Below, one piece after another: positions 36,198 through 45,624 of a stretch of DNA of 57,898 nucleotides. A program made the position numbers and the translations under genes. Positions within the stretch are counted from its first letter, which is position 1. Each line of letters starts with the position of its first letter. The notes under the pieces were generated by a model. That model had not been told where the DNA came from. It did not search any database and saw only the letters and a list, made by a program, of their open reading frames with translations. The DNA comes from a virus (lineage: Duplodnaviria; Caudoviricetes): positions 1-57,898 of IMG/VR virus record IMGVR_UViG_3300033273_000437; one strand, 5' to 3'.

Positions 36198-39022
36198 CTA
36201 AGCGATCCGAAGAAAAAGACCTTTACTTAGCCGCTCTGCGAGGTGACGCTAAAGCCCAGCGTGCCTGTACTGAACGAGGCAAGGCGTGCGGTGGACGTTG
36301 TATCCCCAAGCATTGGAACTGCCGCATCAAAGGGGAGGGAGATACACCTCCCACACGCGGCAATGCTGTTCAGCTCTCTGCTGAGCAGAAAGCAAAAATT
36401 CGGAAAGCTCGTCAACAACGACGTATCCGAAGCGGCTTAAAGGTAGCAGGAACGATCGCTGGGGTTGCAGGAGCCGCTGCTGGTGCAGCCGCACTTGCAC
36501 GAAAAAATCCGCAGGCCATGCGTCGAGCTGCTTCCAAGGCAGGTTTAGGCGCGAACTTCGCGGGTATGGTTTCCAACATCCCTGGGCCTGTAGGTTCTGC
36601 AGCGGCTGTTGCGAACTTGGGACTCGGGGCCTTTCAAGCTGGTGCTACGGCGGGAGCAAGTCTTGGTTCTAATCGCCGGGGTGTTGCTCGTCTACGACAA
36701 CTGAAAACATCAATCGCAGCTAGAGAGAAGGTGATTCGACGCACCGAAGCTCGTGTCGCGGATCTCAAAGGCACAAGAAATTCCTTTGAGGTCGCTAAGA
36801 CTCAGCTTTTAGGTCGAATGGGAGATTCCGGATCTAAAGCTCAACAACGAACTCTTAAAAGTCTTACTTCAGCTATCAACAGGAAGAATGGCGAAATAGC
36901 TACTGCTCAAGCCAAACTCTCAGCATTGATTCGACGTAATGCAAGTCTTACGCGTGGCATGAGAAAGATTGAAGGCCTGTTAGGTGGTCAATACAACACA
37001 GCTGAAAAGATCTACAAGAGTGTAGAGCAAACAAACCAAAGATTTAGAGCTGGCCGTCGTCAAACTAGTGCGATTCGCCCAAAAGGGCGTAGAGGACCTA
37101 AACCTGACCGACGCTCTTGGCAGGAACGCTTCGGGATGGACGAGGCCGAGCGTGAGGACAAGAAGTGCGGCAACTCTGGTATCCCGGACAACACCAAATG
37201 CACAAAGAAGAACACCGCACGCACGATCGCCAAGGCAGCAGCAGGCGCTGCTCTGGTTGTAGGCGGTGCAGCTGCTTTGAGGAGCCGTCGCCGGGTCGGA
37301 AGTAAATTTCGCCAGACCGGGTTGACGCCTTACCAAAAGGAACAGCTCAAGAAGATGCGAGCTAAAGGCACAGGTAAGTACGGCGCTCGTGGATGGAGAA
37401 AGACTGGCCGAAGTTTCCGCCCTGATATTGAGGCGATTCAGGGGGACGCTGAAGGAAAAAAGTTCAGTAAGACGGTGACCAACCCCAAGACGGGTCGAAA
37501 ACGCACCATCAAATACGGAGCTAAGGGGTACAGCATTGCCCCTGGTACCAAGAAAGGAGACCGGTATTGCGCTCGCAGCTTTGGGGATATGAAGTCCCAC
37601 GGGAAGGACTGCTCTGGCAAGGATCGCAACACGCCACTGTGTCTATCTAGGGCTAAGTGGAAGTGTTCCGGTAAGTCATCCCGTAAAGATGCAGGAGAGA
37701 AGCGCCGGGGAAAGCCCTGCGGAGCTAGTTACATCTCCAAGTCCAAAGAGTGCCGTATCCAAAAGGGGTCAGGATGGAGTAAAGTGGCTGCCGTAGCGGG
37801 TATTGCTGCAGTAGCAGCAGGAGGTTATGCCTTGTCCCAAAGAAATCCCGACAGGGACCGAAAACCCAGGTTGTCTCCAGCCGAACGGAAAGCAGCTCGA
37901 TTAGCTCGTCAGGACCGAATGTCCGAAGAGCAGGCCAGGAGGATTACTAACGAGGCCATTAAGGATGGAAAGGTGTGGGATGTTCAGGAGAAGATAAATC
38001 AGCGGCGTAAAGCTCAGATTGATGCACAGTGCGGAGGTGGCCTGGGAAAGATTCAAGCCCCAGCTAAGTTCGACGCGATGGTTCGCCAGCCGCGTTGTCA
38101 AGTTGGGGAAGGAGCTTATGGCACTTATTTTGTTCACACTTCCGGTAAATACGGAGTTAAGGTTTTCCGCAACGGTGATGAGGACGATGTCGAAAAGGAG
38201 TTTGACCTTCTAGATCGCGCTCGATCTGCTGGTGTCAATGTCCCCCGACCCTTAGCTCAAAACGCTGTATTAGACGAGGACGGGTATACGAAGTCTCAAA
38301 CGTTAGTCCTTGAACACATGAGAGGTTACAAGGAGGCGGCGAAACTGTACCCCAGTGGTGGAGATAACTTAAGCAAAGCACCTCTAATTGTTCAGGTTAA
38401 AGCCCTTAGGGAGTTCAGAAAGCTCAATGTAGAGGGTTTAGCGCACGGCGATATTCATGGTGGCAACATTCTTGTCAATCCTAGTTCCAAGAAGGTGGCA
38501 CTAATTGATTTTGGATACGCCACAGAAATTGATGATGTAACGCACCCACAGCACGGAAGAAGTGGTGTGGAAACATTGATGGATGATCTGCATAACGTAA
38601 GGCGTTTTGTAGGTGCTAACACCGAATTTTTGGAAGAAAAATCTCAGCCTATTCTGCAGAACATTAGAAAGAATGCTGAGAACTACCACCGTGACTGGGA
38701 TAAGTTTGAGGTATCTGTCAAACGATATTACGATTTTGTAGAAGCTGAGCTTCTTTACGACGAACGTAAGCCAAGGTCTAGGTTTGTAAGAAGTGCTGAT
38801 CAATTACGCATCCCTGATCTAACACGACGCATTCTTACTGCTAATAGAGATTCTCAGCAGAGGCGGCTGATGGTTCAACTTATGAACGAGATGCCAAGTA
38901 GGGCAGAGATCATGGCTAAAAACATTGGTGTTAAGAAACAGCGTTTATTCCTGGCTCTCAAGCCTGAAAGAGACCAATTAGCAGCACGGATTAAGGCGCA
39001 GCCATTTGGCACCCCTCTCTAA
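36194..39022 (+). CDS. Modular head-associated protein: three Cys modules, Gly/Ala helices, YCARS domain, C-terminal protein-kinase-fold domain
   Basis: CGGRCIP, CGNSGIP, CGASYIS modules; YCARS...WKC; GEGAYG, VKVF, HGDIHGGN, DFG. Confidence 0.8.
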   Translation: MTKRSEEKDLYLAALRGDAKAQRACTERGKACGGRCIPKHWNCRIKGEGDTPPTRGNAVQLSAEQKAKIRKARQQRRIRSGLKVAGTIAGVAGAAAGAAALARKNPQAMRRAASKAGLGANFAGMVSNIPGPVGSAAAVANLGLGAFQAGATAGASLGSNRRGVARLRQLKTSIAAREKVIRRTEARVADLKGTRNSFEVAKTQLLGRMGDSGSKAQQRTLKSLTSAINRKNGEIATAQAKLSALIRRNASLTRGMRKIEGLLGGQYNTAEKIYKSVEQTNQRFRAGRRQTSAIRPKGRRGPKPDRRSWQERFGMDEAEREDKKCGNSGIPDNTKCTKKNTARTIAKAAAGAALVVGGAAALRSRRRVGSKFRQTGLTPYQKEQLKKMRAKGTGKYGARGWRKTGRSFRPDIEAIQGDAEGKKFSKTVTNPKTGRKRTIKYGAKGYSIAPGTKKGDRYCARSFGDMKSHGKDCSGKDRNTPLCLSRAKWKCSGKSSRKDAGEKRRGKPCGASYISKSKECRIQKGSGWSKVAAVAGIAAVAAGGYALSQRNPDRDRKPRLSPAERKAARLARQDRMSEEQARRITNEAIKDGKVWDVQEKINQRRKAQIDAQCGGGLGKIQAPAKFDAMVRQPRCQVGEGAYGTYFVHTSGKYGVKVFRNGDEDDVEKEFDLLDRARSAGVNVPRPLAQNAVLDEDGYTKSQTLVLEHMRGYKEAAKLYPSGGDNLSKAPLIVQVKALREFRKLNVEGLAHGDIHGGNILVNPSSKKVALIDFGYATEIDDVTHPQHGRSGVETLMDDLHNVRRFVGANTEFLEEKSQPILQNIRKNAENYHRDWDKFEVSVKRYYDFVEAELLYDERKPRSRFVRSADQLRIPDLTRRILTANRDSQQRRLMVQLMNEMPSRAEIMAKNIGVKKQRLFLALKPERDQLAARIKAQPFGTPL

Positions 39023-39032
39023 TACTTCATAG

Positions 39033-39893
39033 ATGGAAGAACTCATTGAGGAATACAATGCTGCCCTGAAGAACCAAGAGCAGCAGACAATTGATATTGT
39101 TAATAAATCTCTAGACCGAGCCTTCAATCGTCTTCTTCGCCGTACCTATTCCCAGATACGAAGCGGTCAATTTCAGACTGCAGAGAGAAACGCTCGGACT
39201 TTGGAGCTGATTCCTCCGCTTCTGCCTGATCGTTCAGACGAATACTTACTTGCGTTTCGACGCCTGTTATCTCGGTCAACAACTTTTGGGTTAGATCTAG
39301 CTGCACAGCTATCGAAGTCTGTAACAAGTTCTCAAGTCGCTGTAACCATCCCAGTAGAAGCAGTAACAGCAGCAGCGAGACAAGCGAGAGGATACCTAGA
39401 GCGACATGGACGAACATTTGCAACTACGTCTGCAGAAGTGTTAGCGCAGGGAATCGCTGAAGGACGTCCCACTGACGAGATTACGCAGGATCTCAAACGG
39501 CGTCTGAACGTCACTAAATCCCGTGCTGAAGTCATTGTAAGAACCGAATCACTGCGGGCTCACAATGAGGCCTCCCGTAATTACTACACTCAAAACGGTA
39601 TTGATCTTGTGATGTATTTCGCCACATCTGATGATCGATCATGCCCCTATTGCACAGCCCATGCAGGCAACGTTTTCAAGAGAAATGCAATTACTGTACC
39701 CCGTCATCCTCGCTGCCGGTGTTATCTCGCTCCTTACAGTGACAATGTATTTGACATCGATCCAGAATATGACGTGATGAGGAAAAAGCACCGTCAAGAA
39801 GTTCTGAGTTACGCTAGGTCTAAAGGCGTGGATTTAAGTTACGGTCCTGCCTCGTTTGAAGAATTAGCCCCCACCCCGACGAGGGAGACATGA
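39033..39893 (+). CDS. MuF / SPP1 gp7-like minor head protein
   Basis: RAEVIVRTE, DDRSCPYC, PRHPRCRC. Confidence 0.9.
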   Translation: MEELIEEYNAALKNQEQQTIDIVNKSLDRAFNRLLRRTYSQIRSGQFQTAERNARTLELIPPLLPDRSDEYLLAFRRLLSRSTTFGLDLAAQLSKSVTSSQVAVTIPVEAVTAAARQARGYLERHGRTFATTSAEVLAQGIAEGRPTDEITQDLKRRLNVTKSRAEVIVRTESLRAHNEASRNYYTQNGIDLVMYFATSDDRSCPYCTAHAGNVFKRNAITVPRHPRCRCYLAPYSDNVFDIDPEYDVMRKKHRQEVLSYARSKGVDLSYGPASFEELAPTPTRET

Positions 39894-40648
39894 GTAAAAA
39901 GCCTGGCTTGTACGCCAACATTCACGCTAAACGCAAGCGCGGTGAGAAAATGCGTAAGCCTGGTGAGGAGGGTGCTCCCTCCGCACAGGACTTCAAGGAT
40001 GCAGCTAAGACGGCCAAGAAAAAGAAGGGAGCCAAGCGCGAGGATCCTGGTCGCAAGATGTACGACAAGGATAGCTGCAAGATGTGCGACGGAGGCAAAA
40101 AGCCTTGTCGCTGTGGCAAAGCAGATATGGGCCGCAAGGGTCCTTACGCTGATGGCTGTGGATACAACAAGGATTCTGTCGCTGCGGAGTTCAACAGCAT
40201 TCTGACCAACGACGCCGAGCGCTCCGACAAGCCCTGTGGTAATTCCTACATTCCTCAACACGCTAAGTGCCATCACGGCAGTATCCGTGGCCGTGCAGGA
40301 CAGGGTGCAAAACTAGGCTCGAAGATTGGCGCTGGTGTGGGCGCTGTCCAGGGAGCAGCTCTTGGTTCGATTGCTGGTCCTGGCGGCGCTCTTGCTGGTG
40401 CTGGACTTGGTGCAGTTGGTGGTGCAGTTGGTGGCGCTCTGCAAGGTGGATTTATTGGTGGTGTTGTTGGCGCAGCCGAAAAAGGCGGATCTAGAAACAA
40501 ACGTTACCAGTCAAGAGCAAAAAAGATCAAACAAAACTATAAAAAGGCCTATCACACTGGTAAAGCAAAAGGCCTCTCACGCAAAAAGATGCAGGAGATT
40601 GACCAGAAATATGCAATGCAATTCGCCCGTGCCGCCGATCGTCGCTAA
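39890..40648 (+). CDS. Basic head-associated protein with Cys module and glycine zipper
   Basis: GLYANIHAKRKR N-terminus, RSDKPCGNSYIPQHAKC, long GxxxG zipper. Confidence 0.75.
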   Translation: MSKKPGLYANIHAKRKRGEKMRKPGEEGAPSAQDFKDAAKTAKKKKGAKREDPGRKMYDKDSCKMCDGGKKPCRCGKADMGRKGPYADGCGYNKDSVAAEFNSILTNDAERSDKPCGNSYIPQHAKCHHGSIRGRAGQGAKLGSKIGAGVGAVQGAALGSIAGPGGALAGAGLGAVGGAVGGALQGGFIGGVVGAAEKGGSRNKRYQSRAKKIKQNYKKAYHTGKAKGLSRKKMQEIDQKYAMQFARAADRR

Positions 40649-40650
40649 TT

Positions 40651-41733
40651 ATGTATTCTCCTGATGTGTTTGATGACAGCATTGACCAATTTAATGCTGC
40701 GATTATCAATAACACCGAGCGTGCGGACAAGCCCTGCGGTAACTCCTACATCCCTCAAAACGCTAAGTGCAGCAAGGGAGCTGGACAACCTGCAAAGAAG
40801 GCTGGAGCTAATAGCCCTGAAAAATGGGGCGGAGAGTCAGTAAACGCAAAAGGGGGTTACGCAAAGTTCCTCAAGAAGAAAGGCATCGACCCAAGCAAGT
40901 TGGGAGCAAATAGCCCTAAGGCAGAGAAGCTTGCACAGGAGTATTACAAAACCCCTGCAGGTAAGGCTGAGTTACAGAAAAGTGGTGAAGCTCAGTATGC
41001 AGCACTCTCTGACAAGCAAAAAGAGAAACTTATTCGCCAGCAGGCTAAGCCCATCCTGAGAAACACATCGCGTCAGACAATTAAACAGGCCCTTGAACGT
41101 AACAAGGGCAAAACAAGTGTTGAACACCGCACTATGGAAAAGGCAGCGAAGCGCGAATTGTTTAACCGCAATGTCCGTAACGTGGCTGCCATGGGTTTGT
41201 ACGGTGTAGCCGCCGGTTCGCTTCTTAGTTCTGCGCTTAAAAAACGTCGCCGCTTTGATGCCGCTCGACTCGACAGAAAACTGAATTGTGGTACGGGTAG
41301 TAAACAGTGTGGTAATGCGTGTATTCCTAAAAGAAATAAGTGTCGAGCATCTTGGAATAAGCCGGTAAAGGCTGCTGCCTTCACTGCTGGTGCAGCTAGT
41401 TTGGGTTTGGTAGGCACAGCTTTCCTTCATAGGCGCTCAGGCATGCGGCAGGCAGCTCGCCAAGTTATTGAGCCAGTAACACAAGCAGGTTTTGCGGCTG
41501 GCAATTTGGCAAGGGGTAATCAGGCAGGGGCCATGAAAAACATGGCAAATGTGATTAGCACAAGCAAAGGTGCAGGTAAAAATCTCAAGTTCATTGCCAG
41601 GGGTTATGGAAGAGATCTTAAGTCCGCTCTTGAGCTTGGTAAAAACCGCTATTTCAAGGCTCGTCACCATAAAAGAGCCAAAGGTGGTCGAGTCCCTGGA
41701 CTGATTTACGACGGAGATTCAGCGTGCAGCTAA
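40651..41733 (+). CDS. Basic head-associated protein with two Cys modules
   Basis: RADKPCGNSYIPQNAKC and CGTGSKQCGNACIPKRNKC; two hydrophobic helices. Confidence 0.75.
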   Translation: MYSPDVFDDSIDQFNAAIINNTERADKPCGNSYIPQNAKCSKGAGQPAKKAGANSPEKWGGESVNAKGGYAKFLKKKGIDPSKLGANSPKAEKLAQEYYKTPAGKAELQKSGEAQYAALSDKQKEKLIRQQAKPILRNTSRQTIKQALERNKGKTSVEHRTMEKAAKRELFNRNVRNVAAMGLYGVAAGSLLSSALKKRRRFDAARLDRKLNCGTGSKQCGNACIPKRNKCRASWNKPVKAAAFTAGAASLGLVGTAFLHRRSGMRQAARQVIEPVTQAGFAAGNLARGNQAGAMKNMANVISTSKGAGKNLKFIARGYGRDLKSALELGKNRYFKARHHKRAKGGRVPGLIYDGDSACS

Positions 41734-42224
41734 GCACATCACGCACTGACAAGAAGTGCGGTGCTTCCTACATCCCTAACACCGCTAAGTGCTCCAAAGG
41801 CTCCGGCGCTGGCACTGCTGTTAAAGCAGTTGCTGCCGCTGGGGTCATTGCTGGTGGAGCAGCTGCACTGAAACGGCGCTCGCCGGGCACTGTTACCAGG
41901 ATCAAGATGACGCCCACCCTTAGCCTGAGAGCTGAACGGGCAACGGCAGCAGGAATGCGCCGCCATAAGGCAGCTGTCATTAGAGGCAAGCGCCGTCACA
42001 ACGTGGCAGTGAAGGCCGCGCTATCTAAAGGTCAACGTCGCCATAAGGCTGCGATCCTCAAAGCACGACGTAAGTACGAGCCAGGTTTCATGAAGAAGAA
42101 GAGCAAGCGTCCCCTGGGCAGTTATCGCTTGGGTTCTTTTTACAAAGACGGCACTCCTAAAACCAAGAGCGTTCGTGATCGCGTAGCCAAGATCATGGAC
42201 GCATATAGGAAGAAGGGTTACTGA
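41724..42224 (+). CDS. Basic protein with Cys module and Ala/Gly helix
   Basis: RTDKKCGASYIPNTAKC, AVAAAGVIAGGAAAL, three G-x-RRH-x-x-A repeats. Confidence 0.7.
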   Translation: MQLSTSRTDKKCGASYIPNTAKCSKGSGAGTAVKAVAAAGVIAGGAAALKRRSPGTVTRIKMTPTLSLRAERATAAGMRRHKAAVIRGKRRHNVAVKAALSKGQRRHKAAILKARRKYEPGFMKKKSKRPLGSYRLGSFYKDGTPKTKSVRDRVAKIMDAYRKKGY

Positions 42225-42310
42225 TGCAACCCGTCGTTGTTTTCGGTGTCGCGTGGATGCTGGGGCTTTTGGGCGTCACCATTTATATGACCCAAATCAT
42301 GCCGCGCTGA
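42224..42310 (+). CDS. 28-aa single-TM peptide
   Basis: MQPVVVFGVAWMLGLLGVTIYMTQIMPR*; TGATG coupling. Confidence 0.4.
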   Translation: MQPVVVFGVAWMLGLLGVTIYMTQIMPR

Positions 42311-42343
42311 TATCTGCTAAGTAGGTCTAACTGATTCAGTTAT

Positions 42344-42802
42344 GTGACTTGCATCAGCACACATGCTTCCCACCGGGGGGCAAAGGGTGAGCACCTGTTT
42401 GAGGGTTATTTCCTTGACCAGGGAATCTTCATATCTGCACCTAAGCACGATCTACACCGCATCGATTACGTCGTGGAGTGGAAAGAGCAATTGGTGCGCG
42501 TCAATGTGAAGACTCTGCACTGGGACCCTAAAAACAAGGTTTTCAAAGCAGAAACAAGGACCAGTTGTCCTGGAGGCAACAGGCCATACACCCCTGACGA
42601 GATTGATTACTTCGGTGTCGTCTCATTGGAACACGATCTTATTTGGATGGTTCCATTGTCCGCAGTTAAGGGTACTTCCCTTAGTTGGCACCCGCCAGAA
42701 AAGAATCACAGGAAACGTTATGACTCCTTCAACTGGGATCCTTACCTCATAAATAAAGGGTCAACAACAGTTTTTGATACTAATAAGGTTAAACTTAGTT
42801 AG
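42344..42802 (+). CDS. PD-(D/E)XK endonuclease (PDDEXK_5-like, free-standing)
   Basis: RGAKGE, IDYVV, RVNVKT, Y...EIDYFGV. Confidence 0.75.
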   Translation: MTCISTHASHRGAKGEHLFEGYFLDQGIFISAPKHDLHRIDYVVEWKEQLVRVNVKTLHWDPKNKVFKAETRTSCPGGNRPYTPDEIDYFGVVSLEHDLIWMVPLSAVKGTSLSWHPPEKNHRKRYDSFNWDPYLINKGSTTVFDTNKVKLS

Positions 42803-42811
42803 TATCAGGGT

Positions 42812-44053
42812 ATGGAGACTGTCTCTCGCTACGATTACGGCCAGGTAACTAAATCCGAAATGACGGATGAAGGTTATCTAAAGGTCTGGTGTAAAGCCGC
42901 CCGTGTTGGCACTCAGCTTTATACACGGGGTGATGGAACGCAAGTTCGTGAGTATCGCCCTGAGGAAGAAGTAGCGAAGCCTGAGTCTCTAGCTTCCTTC
43001 GGTATGAAAGCAGTCACCATGGGCCATCCGCCCGTCCTGCTTGATTCCGGGAACACTAAAGTGCATCAGATCGGACATGCTGGTTCGCAGGTTCGTTATA
43101 ACGATGGATTCGTAGAAGTTGCTCTTCTCATTACTGATAAGAGCGCTATCGAACGTATCCAACGAGGTGATGCACAGGAAGTCAGTGCGGGATACCGCGT
43201 TGACTTTGATCCAACCCCTGGTGTTTCACCACTAGGTGTAAGTTACGACGGCGTCCAACGAAACATCCGCGTTAATCACATCGCTGTTGTTCCTAAAGGT
43301 CGTGCCGGTCGTGACGTTCGCCTAATCCTCGATTCATGTGATCGCAACGACGCGATTGCATGGACTGAAACCCCGTCGAATTCGCCCGTTATTTCCATGG
43401 CACGAATCACCCTCGACGGCCTGGATCTTGAACTTCCCGCAGAAACTGCAGGCGCGGTCCAATCCTTCGCTAAGGAGGCTGAGCGTGCCAAGGCTGACCT
43501 CCAGAGCAAGCTGGATTCTCAGGAAGAACAGATTCAAGCCGTAGTTATCGAGAACGAAGAAACTCTTGGCCGTCTTGATGCGGCTCTGGAGCGTATCGAA
43601 GAACTAGAAAAGCAAATCGCCGACTCTGCTGAAGCTGCAGAGAAGCGCGATGACGCTGCAGAAATCAATGAGGCCGTGAACGCACGCCTCGCCACCCTCG
43701 ACAAGTTCGCTCCAATCCTTCCGGAGGAGTACAAGTTTGATGGCGAGGATGAGCGCGGCATCATGGCTCTCGCATACGAAAACGTCTTTGAGAAGGCTCC
43801 TCGCGAAGACGCGACCAACGACTACCTCCTGGGTGTTCTGGACGGCGTTCTTGCTGCTATGGAAGACGTCGAAGAAGACGAAGAGGAAGTCCACCAGGAC
43901 TCCGAATTCCAGCCTGAGGAAGATGGCTCCAACGTCGCCGAGGTGCGTGCTGCTGTAGCTGCCATTTCTGGTGCCGAGAAGGTCGACAGCGCTTCCTCCT
44001 ACCGCGAGCACCTGCTGAACGGTTGGAAGTCCAATCTCACTGCTCACGTTTGA
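42812..44053 (+). CDS. DUF2213 prohead protease / scaffold protein
   Basis: EGYL, ARVG, EYRPEEEV, TMGHP, EVSAGY, NHIAVV..GRAG; acidic coiled-coil tail. Confidence 0.88.
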   Translation: METVSRYDYGQVTKSEMTDEGYLKVWCKAARVGTQLYTRGDGTQVREYRPEEEVAKPESLASFGMKAVTMGHPPVLLDSGNTKVHQIGHAGSQVRYNDGFVEVALLITDKSAIERIQRGDAQEVSAGYRVDFDPTPGVSPLGVSYDGVQRNIRVNHIAVVPKGRAGRDVRLILDSCDRNDAIAWTETPSNSPVISMARITLDGLDLELPAETAGAVQSFAKEAERAKADLQSKLDSQEEQIQAVVIENEETLGRLDAALERIEELEKQIADSAEAAEKRDDAAEINEAVNARLATLDKFAPILPEEYKFDGEDERGIMALAYENVFEKAPREDATNDYLLGVLDGVLAAMEDVEEDEEEVHQDSEFQPEEDGSNVAEVRAAVAAISGAEKVDSASSYREHLLNGWKSNLTAHV

Positions 44054-44068
44054 TAGGAGCACTAAGTA

Positions 44069-44680
44069 ATGGCTATTTCTTTTACCGACACCAACGTCTC
44101 TAACCCGGCTGGTGCCCAAGGCTCCTACCCCCTGGAGCTGACGGCTGGCCACGAAGGTTTGATTGCCGACCTGCAGGCTTATGTCTCCCGGTCGTACACC
44201 AATGAGTCCAGCGCCGTTATCCCTTACGGCCACGCTGTGATCATCGACAGCTCTGCTACTTCCGGTCTGGGTGCCAAGCTCCCTGCCGGTGCATCTGCTA
44301 CCGACGTTCTGGGCATCGCTGTTGACAGCAATGTCTTCGAGAACGTCTCCGGTACCTACACCCCAACCCCCACCAACAAGACTTCGGATGGCCGCATCGG
44401 CTACCCCGAGAAGCAAATGGTGAACGTCCTCAGCAAGGGCGTGATCTGGGTGTATGCCGTCGAAACCGTGGCTCTGGGCGATGCCGTTCGTCTGTTCCAC
44501 ACCGATTCCGCATCTGCATCTTCCAACAAGGGCTACAAAGGCCGTTTTGGTAAGACCGCCGAGGCCGGTAAGACCTTTGAAGTGACTGCTGGCGCTCGCT
44601 GGCTGAGCGCTGCTTCCGCTGGAAACATTGCTCTCCTGGAGATCGACATCCCGACTCTCAGCGTTTCCGCTGACACTTGA
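44069..44680 (+). CDS. Head decoration / cement protein
   Basis: Between scaffold and capsid; VNVLSKGVIWV motif; AGGAG RBS. Confidence 0.75.
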   Translation: MAISFTDTNVSNPAGAQGSYPLELTAGHEGLIADLQAYVSRSYTNESSAVIPYGHAVIIDSSATSGLGAKLPAGASATDVLGIAVDSNVFENVSGTYTPTPTNKTSDGRIGYPEKQMVNVLSKGVIWVYAVETVALGDAVRLFHTDSASASSNKGYKGRFGKTAEAGKTFEVTAGARWLSAASAGNIALLEIDIPTLSVSADT

Positions 44681-44694
44681 TAGGAGATCAACCA

Positions 44695-45603
44695 ATGTCT
44701 GAAATTCGCAATGACGACGTCGGTCTGTTTCTGGCTCGTGAGCTAGAGCAGGTCCTGGCCCGCACTTTTGAGGTCCAGTACGCCGACATCAAGTACTCCT
44801 CTGTGCTTCCTATCTCTACCGAGGTGGGTCCTGGCGCAGATAGCTTCACCTATCGCATCTTCGATGCACAGGGTCAGATGAAGCTGATTGCCGACAAGGC
44901 CAGCGATCTGCCCCGCGCTGACGTGCTGCGGAAGGAAGTCACCCATCAGGTTCGCAGCCTGGGTGCCTCCTTCGCTTACACCATCCAGGAAACCCGTGCC
45001 GCCGCCATGGTGCCCGGCATGAACCTGGAGCAACGCCGCGCTAACGCTGTGCGTCGTGCTTATGAGGAGAAAGTCCAGTCCATCGCCTACTTCGGTGACA
45101 CTGGCGTCTCCATGGACGGCTTCTTCAACAACGCCAACGTTGACAAGACCGTTCCCAGCAAGTGGTTCGATGATGCAACCATCACCACTGACGAGATGCT
45201 GGAGATCCTGAACGAGGCTCCCACCTCGATCGTCCAGGGCTCCAACATGAAGGAGACCCCGAACACGATGCTCGTCCCCTACGACGTGTATCGCATCATC
45301 TCCACCACTGCTCGTAGCACCACCTCCGACACCACTGTCCTGGAGTTCTTCCTGCGTACCAACCCGTTCATCCGCTCCATCGAGCCGATCAACGAGCTGG
45401 AGGCATCTAAGTCTTCTCTGAGCAAGGACCGGATCATCTGCTACGACCGCTCCCCCGAGAAGCTCCAACTGCACATCCCCCGCACCCTGGAGTTCCTTCC
45501 CCCTGTCCGCAACAACCTGGAATTCAGCGTTGCTGCTCACGCCCGTATCGGCGGTGTCGCTCTGTACTACCCCAAGAGCGTCCTGTACGTCGAGAAGGCC
45601 TGA
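44695..45603 (+). CDS. Major capsid protein (DUF2184-like)
   Basis: DLPRAD, YTIQE, AYFGD..G.FNN, GGVALYYP; AGGAG RBS before ATG 44695; strong codon bias. Confidence 0.9.
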   Translation: MSEIRNDDVGLFLARELEQVLARTFEVQYADIKYSSVLPISTEVGPGADSFTYRIFDAQGQMKLIADKASDLPRADVLRKEVTHQVRSLGASFAYTIQETRAAAMVPGMNLEQRRANAVRRAYEEKVQSIAYFGDTGVSMDGFFNNANVDKTVPSKWFDDATITTDEMLEILNEAPTSIVQGSNMKETPNTMLVPYDVYRIISTTARSTTSDTTVLEFFLRTNPFIRSIEPINELEASKSSLSKDRIICYDRSPEKLQLHIPRTLEFLPPVRNNLEFSVAAHARIGGVALYYPKSVLYVEKA

Positions 45604-45624
45604 TAAAAGATCTCTCCTCAGAAA

